Shown here: in pieces, positions 35,639 through 45,271 of the stretch
Layout: the number at the start of each line of letters is the position of its first letter
Position numbering within the stretch: the first letter of the stretch is position 1
From: Planctomycetota bacterium
GTDB taxonomy: Bacteria > Planctomycetota > PLA2 > JAEUHO01
Length of the DNA: 64,000 nucleotides
NCBI GenBank assembly: GCA_050248855.1
Contig: JBFWRP010000023.1
Coordinates: 1 to 64,000 of the forward strand
Reading direction: 5' to 3'
Notes under the pieces: generated by a model
The model's input: the letters and a program-made list of their open reading frames with translations, nothing else
Told to the model about the DNA's origin: nothing
Databases searched by the model: none
Position numbers and translations under genes: made by a program

Positions 35639-36811
35639 CTACCCCGCGCGCTGGTCCACGGACTGGATCAGCTTGAGGAGCGGCAGGAAGAGGCCGAGCA
35701 CGATGAGGAACACCGCGCCGCCCAGGAACACGATCAGCAGGGGCTCGATGATCGAGACGAGGGAGCCGACCGCGATGTCCACCTCTTCGTCGTAATTGTC
35801 GGCGACGCGGATGAGCATCTTGTCGAGCTCACCGGTCTCCTCGCCGACGTCCACCATGTTGACGATGATGTCGTCGAAGATGCCGCTCTCGCCCAGGGGC
35901 TCGGCAATGGTGCCGCCCTCGGTGATCGACTCGCGGACCTTGTCCAGCGCGTCCTCGAGCACCGTGTTGCCGGCCGTGTTGCGGCAGATGTCCAGGGCCT
36001 CGAGGATCGGCACGCCCGAGCTGATCAGCGTGCCGAACGTGCGGCTGAAGCGGGCCACCACGACCTTGCGCACGAGCGTCCCGATGATGGGCAGACGCAG
36101 CTTGACGCGGTCGTAGAAGCGGCGCCCGCCGCGCGTCATGCCGATGCCCTTGATCGCGGCCACGAACAGGACCAGGATCAGGAGCACGATGTACCACTTG
36201 TCGAGCAGGAAGCGGCTGAACCCCTGCAGGAACTGGGTCAGGGCGGGCAGCTCGCCGATGCCGGGGAGGCTCTTGAACACCTCCTCGAACTTGGGGACCA
36301 CGAACACCATGATCAGGAGCAGGATGGCGACGGTGACGCTGCCCACCACGACCGGGTAGACCATGGCGCCCTTGATCTTCTTCTTGAGGCGCTCGGCCTT
36401 CTCCATGAAGCCGGAGAGGCGCGCCAGGATCACGTCGAGCACGCCGCCGGCCTCGCCGGCCTTCACCATGTTGGTGTAGAGACCGTCGAACACGCCCGGG
36501 TGGCGGGACATGGCCTCGGAGAGCGGGCTGCCCGACTCGACTTCGTCGGTCACGTCCACGACGACGGACTTGAACGGCCCGCGCTCCATCTGGCCGCCGA
36601 GGATCTTGAGGCTGCGCACGATCGGCAGACCGGCGTCCTGCAGCGTGGAGAGCTGCGAAGTGAACTGCGTCAGGGCCTTGCGGCTGACGCGTGCCCGGCC
36701 GATGGGCTTGGTCCGCGGTGTCGCGGTGGCGGTAGCACCGCCTCCCGCGCCACGCGGCGCTCCGCCGCGGCCGCTGCTCTTGCCTCCCTGGGATGCCGGG
36801 ATCTTGGGCAT
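35639..36811 (-). CDS. pilC: Type IV pilus / T2SS platform protein PilC/GspF
   Basis: FTSQLSTLQDAGLPI, NMVKAGEAGGVL, AMVYP, RFSRTFGTLISSGVPI, VGEETGELDKML. Confidence 0.93.
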   Translation of the reverse strand: MPKIPASQGGKSSGRGGAPRGAGGGATATATPRTKPIGRARVSRKALTQFTSQLSTLQDAGLPIVRSLKILGGQMERGPFKSVVVDVTDEVESGSPLSEAMSRHPGVFDGLYTNMVKAGEAGGVLDVILARLSGFMEKAERLKKKIKGAMVYPVVVGSVTVAILLLIMVFVVPKFEEVFKSLPGIGELPALTQFLQGFSRFLLDKWYIVLLILVLFVAAIKGIGMTRGGRRFYDRVKLRLPIIGTLVRKVVVARFSRTFGTLISSGVPILEALDICRNTAGNTVLEDALDKVRESITEGGTIAEPLGESGIFDDIIVNMVDVGEETGELDKMLIRVADNYDEEVDIAVGSLVSIIEPLLIVFLGGAVFLIVLGLFLPLLKLIQSVDQRAG

Positions 36812-36905
36812 GTCTCGCTCGCTCTCCTGCCGCCCCGAGCCTATCGCAGAACGCCCCGGGACCACCCCGACGCGGGGGGCGCCGGGGGGCCGCCGGGGGG
36901 CCCCG

Positions 36906-38642
36906 TCAGACCGTCATGGTCTCGCGAATGACCTCCTCGACCGTCGTGATGCCGTCGAAGACGGCGTCCAGACCGCTCTCGCGCAGCGTCCGCATGCCCT
37001 CCCGGCGTGCCTGGCTCCGCAGCTCGTCGGACGACACCCCCTTCAGGATCATGTCCCGCAGGGACTCCGTCAGCAGCATCATCTCGTAGATGGCCGTCCG
37101 GCCCTTGTAGCCCGTGCCGTTGCAGAGCCGGCAGCCCTTGCCGTAGGCGAAGTGCTTGCCTTGGATCTCGGCCGGGGTCAGCTCCAGCTCCGCGAGGACC
37201 TCGGGGCCGGGCTCGTAGGTCACCTTGCACTCCTGGCAAACCCGGCGCACGAGGCGCTGGGCGATGATCGCCTCCACCGTGGCCGTGAGCAGGAACGGCT
37301 CGATGCCCAGGTCCTGCATGCGGGTCAAGGCCTGCGGGGCGTCGTTGGTGTGCAGCGTCGAGAAGACGACGTGGCCGGTGAGGGACGCCTCGACGGCGAT
37401 CTGGGCCGTCTCGAGGTCGCGGATCTCGCCGACCAGGATCATGTCGGGGTCCTGACGCAGGATCGCACGCAAGCAGTTGGCGTAGGTGGTGCCGATCTCC
37501 TCGTTGACCTGGATCTGGACGATGCCTTGCAGCTCGTACTCGACGGGGTCTTCCGTGGTGATGATCTTGATGCCCACGTCGTTGGCGTGGTTGAGGCACG
37601 AGTAGAGCGTGGTGGTCTTGCCCGATCCGGTAGGCCCCGTCACGAGCACGATGCCGTAGGGGAGCTTGATCAGCTTCTGGATGAGGTCGCGCTCCTTCTC
37701 GCGCAGGCCGATCTGCTCGATGTCGAGCGACACGACCGAGCGGTCCAGGACGCGGATCACGCACGACTCGCCGAACATCGTCGGCAGCGTGCTGACGCGC
37801 AGGTCCACGGGACGTCCGCCGATCGACATCTCGATGCGGCCGTCCTGGGGCAAGCGGGTCTCGGCGATGTCCAGCCCGGACATGACCTTGACGCGGCTGA
37901 TCAGCGACACCGCCAGGTGCCGGGGCGGCGACTCGAGCTCGTAGAGGGCGCCGTCGACGCGGTAGCGGATCTTGAAGTCCTCCTCGAACGGCTCGAGGTG
38001 GATGTCCGAGGCGCGGTCGCGGATGGCCTGGAACAAGATGTACTGCAGGAGCTTGATGACCGGCGGCGAGTTGGCCATCGCCTCCTGGTCGGCCAGGTCC
38101 ACGTTGCCGCCGCGACCGGACTTGGCGGCGGGCGAGCTCCCGGTGGCGTTGATCGCGGAGTCCACGAGCGTGCGCATCGAGTCTTGCGCCTGCCCGTAGT
38201 GCTTTTCGACGGCCTTGTCGACCTGCTCCTGGGGCGCCAGCACGCCCTCGACCTCGCCGCCGGTCATGAACCGGAGGTCGTCCAGCAGCGCCGTGTTCTG
38301 CGGGTTGCTGAGCGCCACGACCAGCTTGCTGCCCTCCTGGCGGATCGGAACGACGTTGAACATGCGCGCCGTGTTGGCGTCGATGCGGCCGAGCAAGTCG
38401 GGGCTGAACTGGACCTGGTCCAGGTCCACGACCTCGAGGCCGGCCTGGCGGGCCAACGCAGTCTGGAGCGTGGCCTCGTCCACGTGGCCGAGGCGCACGA
38501 GGATCTGGCCGATCTGCCCGCCCTCGGTGCGTTGGCGGGCAAGGGCCTCCTGCACCATGCCCTCGTGGATGGCCCCCATCTCCTTGAGGATCTGCCCCAG
38601 GAGCTTCTTGGTGCGGGTATAGCGATTGGCGAGCTGGGCCAC
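36906..38642 (-). CDS. pilB: Type IV pilus assembly ATPase PilB/GspE
   Basis: ASDIHLEP, RLPQDGRI, GPTGSGKTTT, LRQDPDMILVGEIRD, STLHTNDA, CQEC/CRLC zinc motif. Confidence 0.93.
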   Translation of the reverse strand: MAQLANRYTRTKKLLGQILKEMGAIHEGMVQEALARQRTEGGQIGQILVRLGHVDEATLQTALARQAGLEVVDLDQVQFSPDLLGRIDANTARMFNVVPIRQEGSKLVVALSNPQNTALLDDLRFMTGGEVEGVLAPQEQVDKAVEKHYGQAQDSMRTLVDSAINATGSSPAAKSGRGGNVDLADQEAMANSPPVIKLLQYILFQAIRDRASDIHLEPFEEDFKIRYRVDGALYELESPPRHLAVSLISRVKVMSGLDIAETRLPQDGRIEMSIGGRPVDLRVSTLPTMFGESCVIRVLDRSVVSLDIEQIGLREKERDLIQKLIKLPYGIVLVTGPTGSGKTTTLYSCLNHANDVGIKIITTEDPVEYELQGIVQIQVNEEIGTTYANCLRAILRQDPDMILVGEIRDLETAQIAVEASLTGHVVFSTLHTNDAPQALTRMQDLGIEPFLLTATVEAIIAQRLVRRVCQECKVTYEPGPEVLAELELTPAEIQGKHFAYGKGCRLCNGTGYKGRTAIYEMMLLTESLRDMILKGVSSDELRSQARREGMRTLRESGLDAVFDGITTVEEVIRETMTV

Positions 38643-38665
38643 GTCGTGACTCCTGCGGGGCTGAC

Positions 38666-39748
38666 CTAGATGTCACCGCCCAGACGCTCGCGCATCGCGC
38701 GCGGGTTCTGGCACTTGGAGAGCAGCTGCGGGCCGTCGATCGTGCCCGCTTGGTAGAGCTCCCAGAGGTGGTCGTCCAGGAGGAACATGCCCACCTGGCG
38801 ACCCGTCTGGATCGCGCTCGGGATCTTGAAGGTCTCGTTCTTGCGGATGTGGTTCTCGATGCCGGGCGTCATGACCATCGTCTCGAAAGCCGCGACCACG
38901 CCGCTTCCGTCCTTCTTCGGCATGAGCACCTGGCTGATCACGCCGATCAGCGACACGGACAGCTGGACGCGCACCTGCTCCTGCTGCTCCGGCGGGAACT
39001 GGTCGATGATGCGGTCCACCGTGCGTGCCGAGCCCGTGGTGTGCAGCGTGCCGAACACCAAGTGGCCCGTCTCGGCGGCCGTGATGGCCGTGGCGATCGT
39101 CTCCAGGTCACGCATCTCGCCGAGCAGGATGACGTCGGGGTCCTCGCGCAGCGCACGGCGGATGGCCTCGGCGAAGTTCGTGACGTCCGTGCCGACCTCG
39201 CGCTGGTTCACGATGCAGCGCTTGTGGTCGTGGAAGTACTCGATCGGGTCCTCGATCGTGATGATGTGGTGCTCGGCGTTCTGGTTGATGTAGTCCACCA
39301 TCGTGGCGAGCGTCGTGGTCTTGCCCGAGCCGGTGGGCCCCGTCACGAGCAGCAGACCGCGCGGGCGGTCCAGGAGCTCGACGACCTTCCGGGGCAGGCC
39401 GATCTGCTCGAAGGTGAGCAGCTTGTTGGGGATCAGGCGGCAGACCATGGCCGCGTTGCCCTTCTGCTTGAAGACGGCCACGCGGAAGCGCGCCTTGGCG
39501 CCGTGCGCATAGCCGAAGTCGGCGCTGCCTACGGCGTCGAACTCTTCCTTCTTGCCGGCCGGGATGATCTCGCTGATCAGGGCGTGGCAGTCCTCGTTCG
39601 TGAGCGGCGGGATCTGCAGGTTGCGCAGACGACCCTTCATGCGGAGCACGGGCGGGCGCCCCACGGTGATGTGGAGGTCGCTGGCGTTCTGGTCGACGAC
39701 CGTGTCGAACAGCTTGTGGATGTCCCCGGGAACCAGAGCCATGTGCAC
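38666..39748 (-). CDS. pilT: Type IV pilus retraction ATPase PilT
   Basis: ASDLHITVGRPP, GPTGSGKTTT, HIITIEDPIE, NQREVG, ALREDPDVILLGEMRD, GHLVFGTLHT. Confidence 0.93.
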   Translation of the reverse strand: MHMALVPGDIHKLFDTVVDQNASDLHITVGRPPVLRMKGRLRNLQIPPLTNEDCHALISEIIPAGKKEEFDAVGSADFGYAHGAKARFRVAVFKQKGNAAMVCRLIPNKLLTFEQIGLPRKVVELLDRPRGLLLVTGPTGSGKTTTLATMVDYINQNAEHHIITIEDPIEYFHDHKRCIVNQREVGTDVTNFAEAIRRALREDPDVILLGEMRDLETIATAITAAETGHLVFGTLHTTGSARTVDRIIDQFPPEQQEQVRVQLSVSLIGVISQVLMPKKDGSGVVAAFETMVMTPGIENHIRKNETFKIPSAIQTGRQVGMFLLDDHLWELYQAGTIDGPQLLSKCQNPRAMRERLGGDI

Positions 39749-39810
39749 GTGTCTCCTGCGTCGGTAACGGCCTTACCGACAGGTGAAGGGGAAGTTGACG
39801 GCTCGCCTCG

Positions 39811-41490
39811 TCACGCGGCCGCCTCGATGGCCATCACGGCGCCGGCCACGCGGAGCACCTCTTCGATGGAGGTGACGCCCTCGAACACCTTGCGCAGGCC
39901 GTCCTCGCGCAGGCTGCGCAACCCGCCCGTGAGACGTGCCTGGGCGCGCACGGCCGAGCTGCTTCCCCCGCGGTAGACGACCTCGCGGATGTGCGGGTCC
40001 ATGCTGAAGAGCTCGTAGATGCCCACGCGGCCCTTGTAGCCCTCGAAGCGACACTCGCGACAGCCGACCGCGCGGTAGATCGTGCGGTTGGCGAGGTCGG
40101 CGGGCTTCAGGCCGACGGCGGTCAGCAGCGAGGCCGCGGGCGCGGCCGGCTGGCGGCACGACAGGCAGAGCCGCCGGAGCAGACGCTGCGCCATGACGGC
40201 CGTGACGGCCGTGGCCGCGAGGAACGGCTTGACGCCCATGTCCACCAAGCGCGTCAGCGCCGACGGCGCGTCGTTGGTGTGGAGCGTCGAGAACACGAGG
40301 TGGCCCGTCAGCGAGGCCTGGATGGCGATCTCGGCGGTCTCCGCGTCGCGGATCTCGCCCACCAGGATGATGTTGGGCGCTTGGCGCAGCATCGAGCGCA
40401 GGATGCGGGCGAAGTCCAAGCCGATGTTGTGGCGGACCTCCGACTGGTTGATGCCCGCCAGGTGGTACTCGACGGGGTTCTCGGCCGTGATGATCTTGAC
40501 GTTGGGCTTGTTGAGCTGCTTGAGCGCGGCGTACAGCGTGGTCGTCTTGCCCGAGCCGGTCGGCCCCGTGACCAGGAAGATGCCGTTGGGACGCTTGATG
40601 ATGCGCTCGAAGCGTTCGCGGTCCTCGCCGACGAACCCGAGCTGGTCCAGCGAGATGAGCCCCGCCTCGCGGTCGAGGATACGCATGACGATCGACTCGC
40701 CCGCGGTGGCCGGCACGAGGGACACGCGCAGGTCGATCGGACGCCCCAGCAGCATGATGCTGATGCGCCCATCCTGGGGCTTGCGGTGCTCGGAGATGTC
40801 CATCTTGGCCATCACCTTGAGGCGGGTGACGACCGGCCCGGAGAGCTCCTTGTCCAACGAATGGGCCTCGTGGCAGACACCGTCCACGCGGTAGCGAACG
40901 CGCACGCGGTCGGCCTGCGGCTCGACGTGGATGTCGCTGGCCCGTTGGCGGAGCGCCGTCTCCAGGATCTCGTGCACGAGGCGGATGACGGGGGCCTCGG
41001 CCTCCTCCTCCTCGACCTGTCCGGCCTTCTTCTTGGGACCCTCGACCTTCTTGCCCAGCCCGTAGGCCTCGGCGCGGGCGTTGTTGAGCCCCGAGGTGGG
41101 CGTCAGGGCGAAGGTCAGCTCGCGGTTGAGGACGAACCGGAGGTCGTCCGCCATGAAGGTGATCATCGGGTCGTCGGTGGCGATGATCAGCTTGCCCTGG
41201 TGCATCTTGACCGGGACGATGCCGTAGTTCTCGACCACGTCGCGGGGCACGAGATCGATCACGTCCCGCGAAGGTGACGCCCGCGTCAGGTCCACGAACG
41301 GCAGTCGGAACTGGCGGCAGAGGGCCTTGGTCAGCTGGATCTCGTCCAGGAACCCGAGGTCGAGCATGGCCTGCCCGATCTTGGTGCCCGGGACGCGGCG
41401 CTGGTGCTCCAGGGCCTCGTTCACCTTGCGCTCGTCGACCAGGCCCATCTCCATGAGGACCTGGCCGAGGAGCTTGTGCGGTGCCGACAT
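39811..41490 (-). CDS. Second PilB/GspE-family ATPase
   Basis: GAGGAG RBS; ASDIHVEP, GPTGSGKTTT, LRQAPNIILVGEIRD, CLSC/CREC. Confidence 0.92.
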   Translation of the reverse strand: MSAPHKLLGQVLMEMGLVDERKVNEALEHQRRVPGTKIGQAMLDLGFLDEIQLTKALCRQFRLPFVDLTRASPSRDVIDLVPRDVVENYGIVPVKMHQGKLIIATDDPMITFMADDLRFVLNRELTFALTPTSGLNNARAEAYGLGKKVEGPKKKAGQVEEEEAEAPVIRLVHEILETALRQRASDIHVEPQADRVRVRYRVDGVCHEAHSLDKELSGPVVTRLKVMAKMDISEHRKPQDGRISIMLLGRPIDLRVSLVPATAGESIVMRILDREAGLISLDQLGFVGEDRERFERIIKRPNGIFLVTGPTGSGKTTTLYAALKQLNKPNVKIITAENPVEYHLAGINQSEVRHNIGLDFARILRSMLRQAPNIILVGEIRDAETAEIAIQASLTGHLVFSTLHTNDAPSALTRLVDMGVKPFLAATAVTAVMAQRLLRRLCLSCRQPAAPAASLLTAVGLKPADLANRTIYRAVGCRECRFEGYKGRVGIYELFSMDPHIREVVYRGGSSSAVRAQARLTGGLRSLREDGLRKVFEGVTSIEEVLRVAGAVMAIEAAA

Positions 41491-41540
41491 GAAGGCTCCT
41501 CGCGAAGGCGGGGCGGGCTTGGGGCCCGCGCGGACGGGGC

Positions 41541-41561
41541 TGTATAGCACGCGGCGGGCCA
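41541..41561 (-). promoter_or_regulatory. Candidate promoter for the pilus operon (sigma-54-like, or extended -10)
   Basis: Minus strand TGGCCCGCCGCGTGCTATACA has GG-N10-GC spacing and also reads TG-n-TATACA; ~55 bp upstream of the start. Confidence 0.35.
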
Positions 41562-41886
41562 GCCTTCGACCGTCCCGGGGGCACGGCGAAGACGCGGGCC
41601 GCCAAGGACCTCGCGCGGCCACCGCGGGGCGTGCGGGCACGGCGTGGAAGCGTCGCGGAAGGAGGCGCGTGGTTCGACCCGAGAGGCTGGGCCCCAGCCC
41701 ACGGAGCCCGGGCCCGCCCGCACGTCGGTCTGCGTGCCATGCGGCGTCGTCGGCTCACCCCGCGTCCTGGGCCGGGAGTCCGGACAAAGGGTTCGGACTT
41801 CCGTGTCGAAGGACTAGCATCGCGCTCCCACCTTCGGGCGCCAGGGTCCAAGCCCCCTGACGGGCCGGCGTCCGCCGAGGGAGCAC

Positions 41887-44649
41887 ATGAGCACCCGCCC
41901 CAAGCGCCAAGGCGCCGGCCGCAGCGCGGCCGCCGCGAAGAAGAAGGCCTCCAGCGCCCGGCCGGCGCAGAAGCGCGCGAGCGCGGCGCCGACGAAGAAG
42001 GCCGCCGCGCGACCGGCGGCCGCGAAGGCGCCGCGACGCATCTGGCACTTCGGGCCCGGCAAGGCCGATGGCAACGCGGGCCTCAAGACGGTGCTGGGCG
42101 GCAAGGGCGCCAACCTGGCCGAGATGTGCCGCATCGGTCTGCCGGTCCCGCCGGGCTTCACCATCGCGACGGACGGCTGCGAGGCCTACTACGCGGCGGG
42201 CCGCAAGCTCCCGGACGTGCTCCGCAAGGAGATCCGCGCTGCCGTCGTCAAGCTCGAGAAGGCGACCGGCAAGCGCTTCGGGGACCCCATGCGTCCCCTC
42301 CTCGTCAGCGTGCGCTCGGGCGCAGCCGCCTCCATGCCCGGCATGATGGACACCGTCCTCAACCTGGGCTTGACGTCCGCGGCCGTGGAGGGTCTCGCCG
42401 CGCAGACGGGCAACCCCCGCTTCGCCCGCGACGCCCGCCGCCGCTTCATCCAGATGTTCGGCAACGTCGTCGAGGGGCTGGACCACGGCGCCTTCGAGCG
42501 CGTGCTCCACGAGGAGCAGCAACGCGTGGGCGCCCGCACGGACAGCGACCTCGACGCCGAGGCGCTGGGCCGCGTCGTCGAGCGCTACCTCGAGACCTTC
42601 GAACGCCTGGCCAAGCGTCCGTTCCCCGAGGATCCCATGGAGCAGCTCGAGCGCTCCGTGGCCGCCGTGTTCGGCTCCTGGATGGGCAAGCGCGCCGTCG
42701 AGTACCGCAAGATCGAGAACATCACGGGCCTGAACGGCACGGCCGTGAACGTCCAGGCCATGGTGTTCGGCAACCTGGGCGCCACGTCGGGCACGGGGGT
42801 CTGCTTCACGCGCGATCCGTCCACGGGCGAGAACGTGTTCTACGGCGAGTACCTCATGAACGCCCAGGGCGAGGACGTCGTCGCCGGCATTCGCACGCCC
42901 AAGGACCTCGCGGGCCTGGGCGACGAGAGCCCCAAGGCCTACAAGCAGCTGGAGAAGGTCCGCAAGCTCCTCGAGTCGCACTACCACGACATGCAGGACA
43001 TCGAGTTCACGATCGAGGAAGGGACGCTCTACATCCTGCAGACGCGCACGGGCAAGCGCACGGCGCGCGCCGCGGTGCGCATCGCGGTCGAGATGGCGGA
43101 GAGGCGCCTGCTGACCAAGGAAGAGGCCGTGGCCCGTGTGCGCCCCGAGCAGCTCGATCGCCTGCTGCATCCGCAGTTCGACCCGTCGGCCGAGCGCCAT
43201 GTGCTCGCCCGCGGCCTGCCGGCCAGTCCGGGCGCGGTGGCCGGGCGAGTCGTGTTCACGGCCGACGACGCCAAGGCTTGGGTCGCCCGTGGCGACCGCG
43301 TCGTGCTCGTGCGCAACGAGACCAGCCCCGAAGACGTCGGCGGCATGCACGCTGCCGAGGGCATCCTCACGGCAACGGGCGGCATGACGAGCCATGCGGC
43401 CGTGGTGGCTCGGGGCATGGGCAAGTGCTGCGTGGCCGGGGCCGGCGAGGTGCGGATCGACGAGCACGCCCGCCAGTTCCGCGTGGGCGGCACGATCGTG
43501 CAGGAGGGCGACGTCATCTCGCTCGACGGCAGCAGCGGCGAGATCATGCTCGGCAGCGTGCGCACGATGCCGGCGGACCCCGGCCCCGAGTTCGCCACGC
43601 TGCTCGGCTGGGCGGACAAGATCCGCCGCCTCCAGGTGCGCGCCAACGCCGACACGCCCGAGGACGCCGCCACCGCGCGGCGCTTCGGCGCCCAGGGCAT
43701 CGGGCTCTGCCGCACGGAGCACATGTTCTTCGGCGACGAGCGCATCACGCCCATGCGCGAGATGATCCTGGCCGAGGACGAGGCGTCGCGTCGCAAGGCG
43801 CTGGACCTGCTGTTGCCGTTCCAGCGCAAGGACTTCGAGGGCATCCTCGAAGCGATGGACGGGCTACCGGTCACCGTGCGGCTGCTCGACCCGCCCCTGC
43901 ACGAGTTCCTGCCCCACGAGCCCGAGGCCATCGCGCAGGTGGCCAAGGCCCTCGGCGTGCCCGAGGCCGACGTGCGGGAGCGCGCGCGTCGCTTGCACGA
44001 GATGAACCCCATGCTCGGCCACCGCGGCTGCCGCCTGGGCATCACGTACCCCGAGGTGTACGAGATGCAGGTGCGGGCACTGTTCGAGGCGGCGACGGCC
44101 AACAAGAAGCGGGGCTTGAAGCCGCAGCCCGAGGTGATGATCCCGCTGATCGGGACCGTCGCCGAGCTGCGCTTCTTGAAGGGCCGCTTGGAGAAGGTGG
44201 CCAAGCAGGTTGTCAAGGAGACGGGTGTTCGCGTCCCGATCGTGTTCGGGACCATGATCGAGATCCCGCGCGCCGCGCTGCGCGGGGCGGAGATCGCCGA
44301 GGAGGCCGAGTTCTTCTCGTTCGGCACCAACGATCTGACCCAGATGACCTTCGGCTACAGCCGCGACGACATCGGCTCGTTCCTGCCGGCGTACCTGGAG
44401 CAGGGCATCCTCGACGTGGATCCGTTCCAGTCGCTGGACACCGACGGCGTGGGCGAGCTCGTGGCCTTGGCCACCGGGCGGGGCCGCTCCACGCGACCGG
44501 ACTTGAAGGTCGGCATCTGCGGCGAGCACGGCGGCGATCCCGCCTCGATCCGCTTCTGCCACGACGTCGGCCTGGACTACGTCTCCTGCAGCCCCTTCCG
44601 CGTGCCCATCGCCCGCCTCGCCGCAGCGCACGCGATGCTGGCGAAGTAG
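41887..44649 (+). CDS. ppdK: Pyruvate phosphate dikinase
   Basis: LGGKGANLAEM, LVSVRSGAAASMPGMMDT, GGMTSHAAVVARG, GIGLCRTEHMF, FSFGTNDLTQ, GICGEHGGDP. Confidence 0.97.
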   Translation: MSTRPKRQGAGRSAAAAKKKASSARPAQKRASAAPTKKAAARPAAAKAPRRIWHFGPGKADGNAGLKTVLGGKGANLAEMCRIGLPVPPGFTIATDGCEAYYAAGRKLPDVLRKEIRAAVVKLEKATGKRFGDPMRPLLVSVRSGAAASMPGMMDTVLNLGLTSAAVEGLAAQTGNPRFARDARRRFIQMFGNVVEGLDHGAFERVLHEEQQRVGARTDSDLDAEALGRVVERYLETFERLAKRPFPEDPMEQLERSVAAVFGSWMGKRAVEYRKIENITGLNGTAVNVQAMVFGNLGATSGTGVCFTRDPSTGENVFYGEYLMNAQGEDVVAGIRTPKDLAGLGDESPKAYKQLEKVRKLLESHYHDMQDIEFTIEEGTLYILQTRTGKRTARAAVRIAVEMAERRLLTKEEAVARVRPEQLDRLLHPQFDPSAERHVLARGLPASPGAVAGRVVFTADDAKAWVARGDRVVLVRNETSPEDVGGMHAAEGILTATGGMTSHAAVVARGMGKCCVAGAGEVRIDEHARQFRVGGTIVQEGDVISLDGSSGEIMLGSVRTMPADPGPEFATLLGWADKIRRLQVRANADTPEDAATARRFGAQGIGLCRTEHMFFGDERITPMREMILAEDEASRRKALDLLLPFQRKDFEGILEAMDGLPVTVRLLDPPLHEFLPHEPEAIAQVAKALGVPEADVRERARRLHEMNPMLGHRGCRLGITYPEVYEMQVRALFEAATANKKRGLKPQPEVMIPLIGTVAELRFLKGRLEKVAKQVVKETGVRVPIVFGTMIEIPRAALRGAEIAEEAEFFSFGTNDLTQMTFGYSRDDIGSFLPAYLEQGILDVDPFQSLDTDGVGELVALATGRGRSTRPDLKVGICGEHGGDPASIRFCHDVGLDYVSCSPFRVPIARLAAAHAMLAK

Positions 44650-44651
44650 CC

Positions 44652-45265
44652 GCGACCCCGGATGTGCCAGGCCCCTTGCCGCGGTGCCGCGAAGCGGCAA
44701 CGTGGGCAAGGTGCCTGACACGCAGGGGTCGCGCCCCGCCGGCCGACGGACGTCGCACTTCGGTGTCTGCAATGGAAGGTGCCTGAAGTCCGGGCTCGTA
44801 GACGACCGCCGCTCTTCCATGGGAGGGGGTGCCGCGCGCATCGAGACGCGGTACGGAGGCGGGGATTTCTTCCGCAACTTGCCGCCCTGCGCTTCGGCAT
44901 GCGGAAGTGCCCATCGGCAAGTTGCGGAAGAATTCCCCGCCTCCGTACGGGCTTTGCCGTCGGCATGAAGAACTGACACGCAGGGGACGCGGTTCGCCGT
45001 CCGGCGAACGTCGCACTTCGGTGTCTGACACCGCGCCACCGTCGCTGTCGCTCCGAGGCGCAGGTTCAGACACCTCCGCGCGCCCCGCGATGCGCCCGCG
45101 GGCGGACGTCGCGACCCCGGATGTGTCAGGACCCTTGCCGCGGCGCCGCGAAGCGGCAACGTGGGCAAGGTGCCTGACACGCAGGGGTCGCGGTCCGACG
45201 GCCGGCGGACGTCGCACTTGGGTGTCAGCTCATCATGCCGGCGCAAGTCCCCGCCTCCGTACCGC
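44652..45265. repeat. Mosaic repeat cluster: module D copies (44652-44769, 45110-45228), partial D (44976-45030) and a deleted inverted A remnant (45226-45265)
   Basis: cgcgaccccggatgtg.cagg..ccttgccgcgg.gccgcgaagcggcaacgtgggcaaggtgcctgacacgcaggggtcgcg... occurs twice; subunits are bounded by gtgtcag/ctgacac. Confidence 0.9.
44770..44975 (+). mobile_element. 206-bp element (module A), copy 3
   Basis: Same length as 243-448; identical hairpin region, diverged 5' segment; flanks ggtgtctg|acac. Confidence 0.8.
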
Positions 45266-45271
45266 AGTGCG

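Noticed and set aside
36872..36905. G-quadruplex between pilB and pilC
   Set aside because: Only three G6 runs, on the non-coding strand; unremarkable at this GC content.
44652..45265. Possible CRISPR array in the repeat clusters
   Set aside because: No constant 25-40-bp repeat with unique, equal-length spacers; the intervening segments are themselves repeated; no cas genes.
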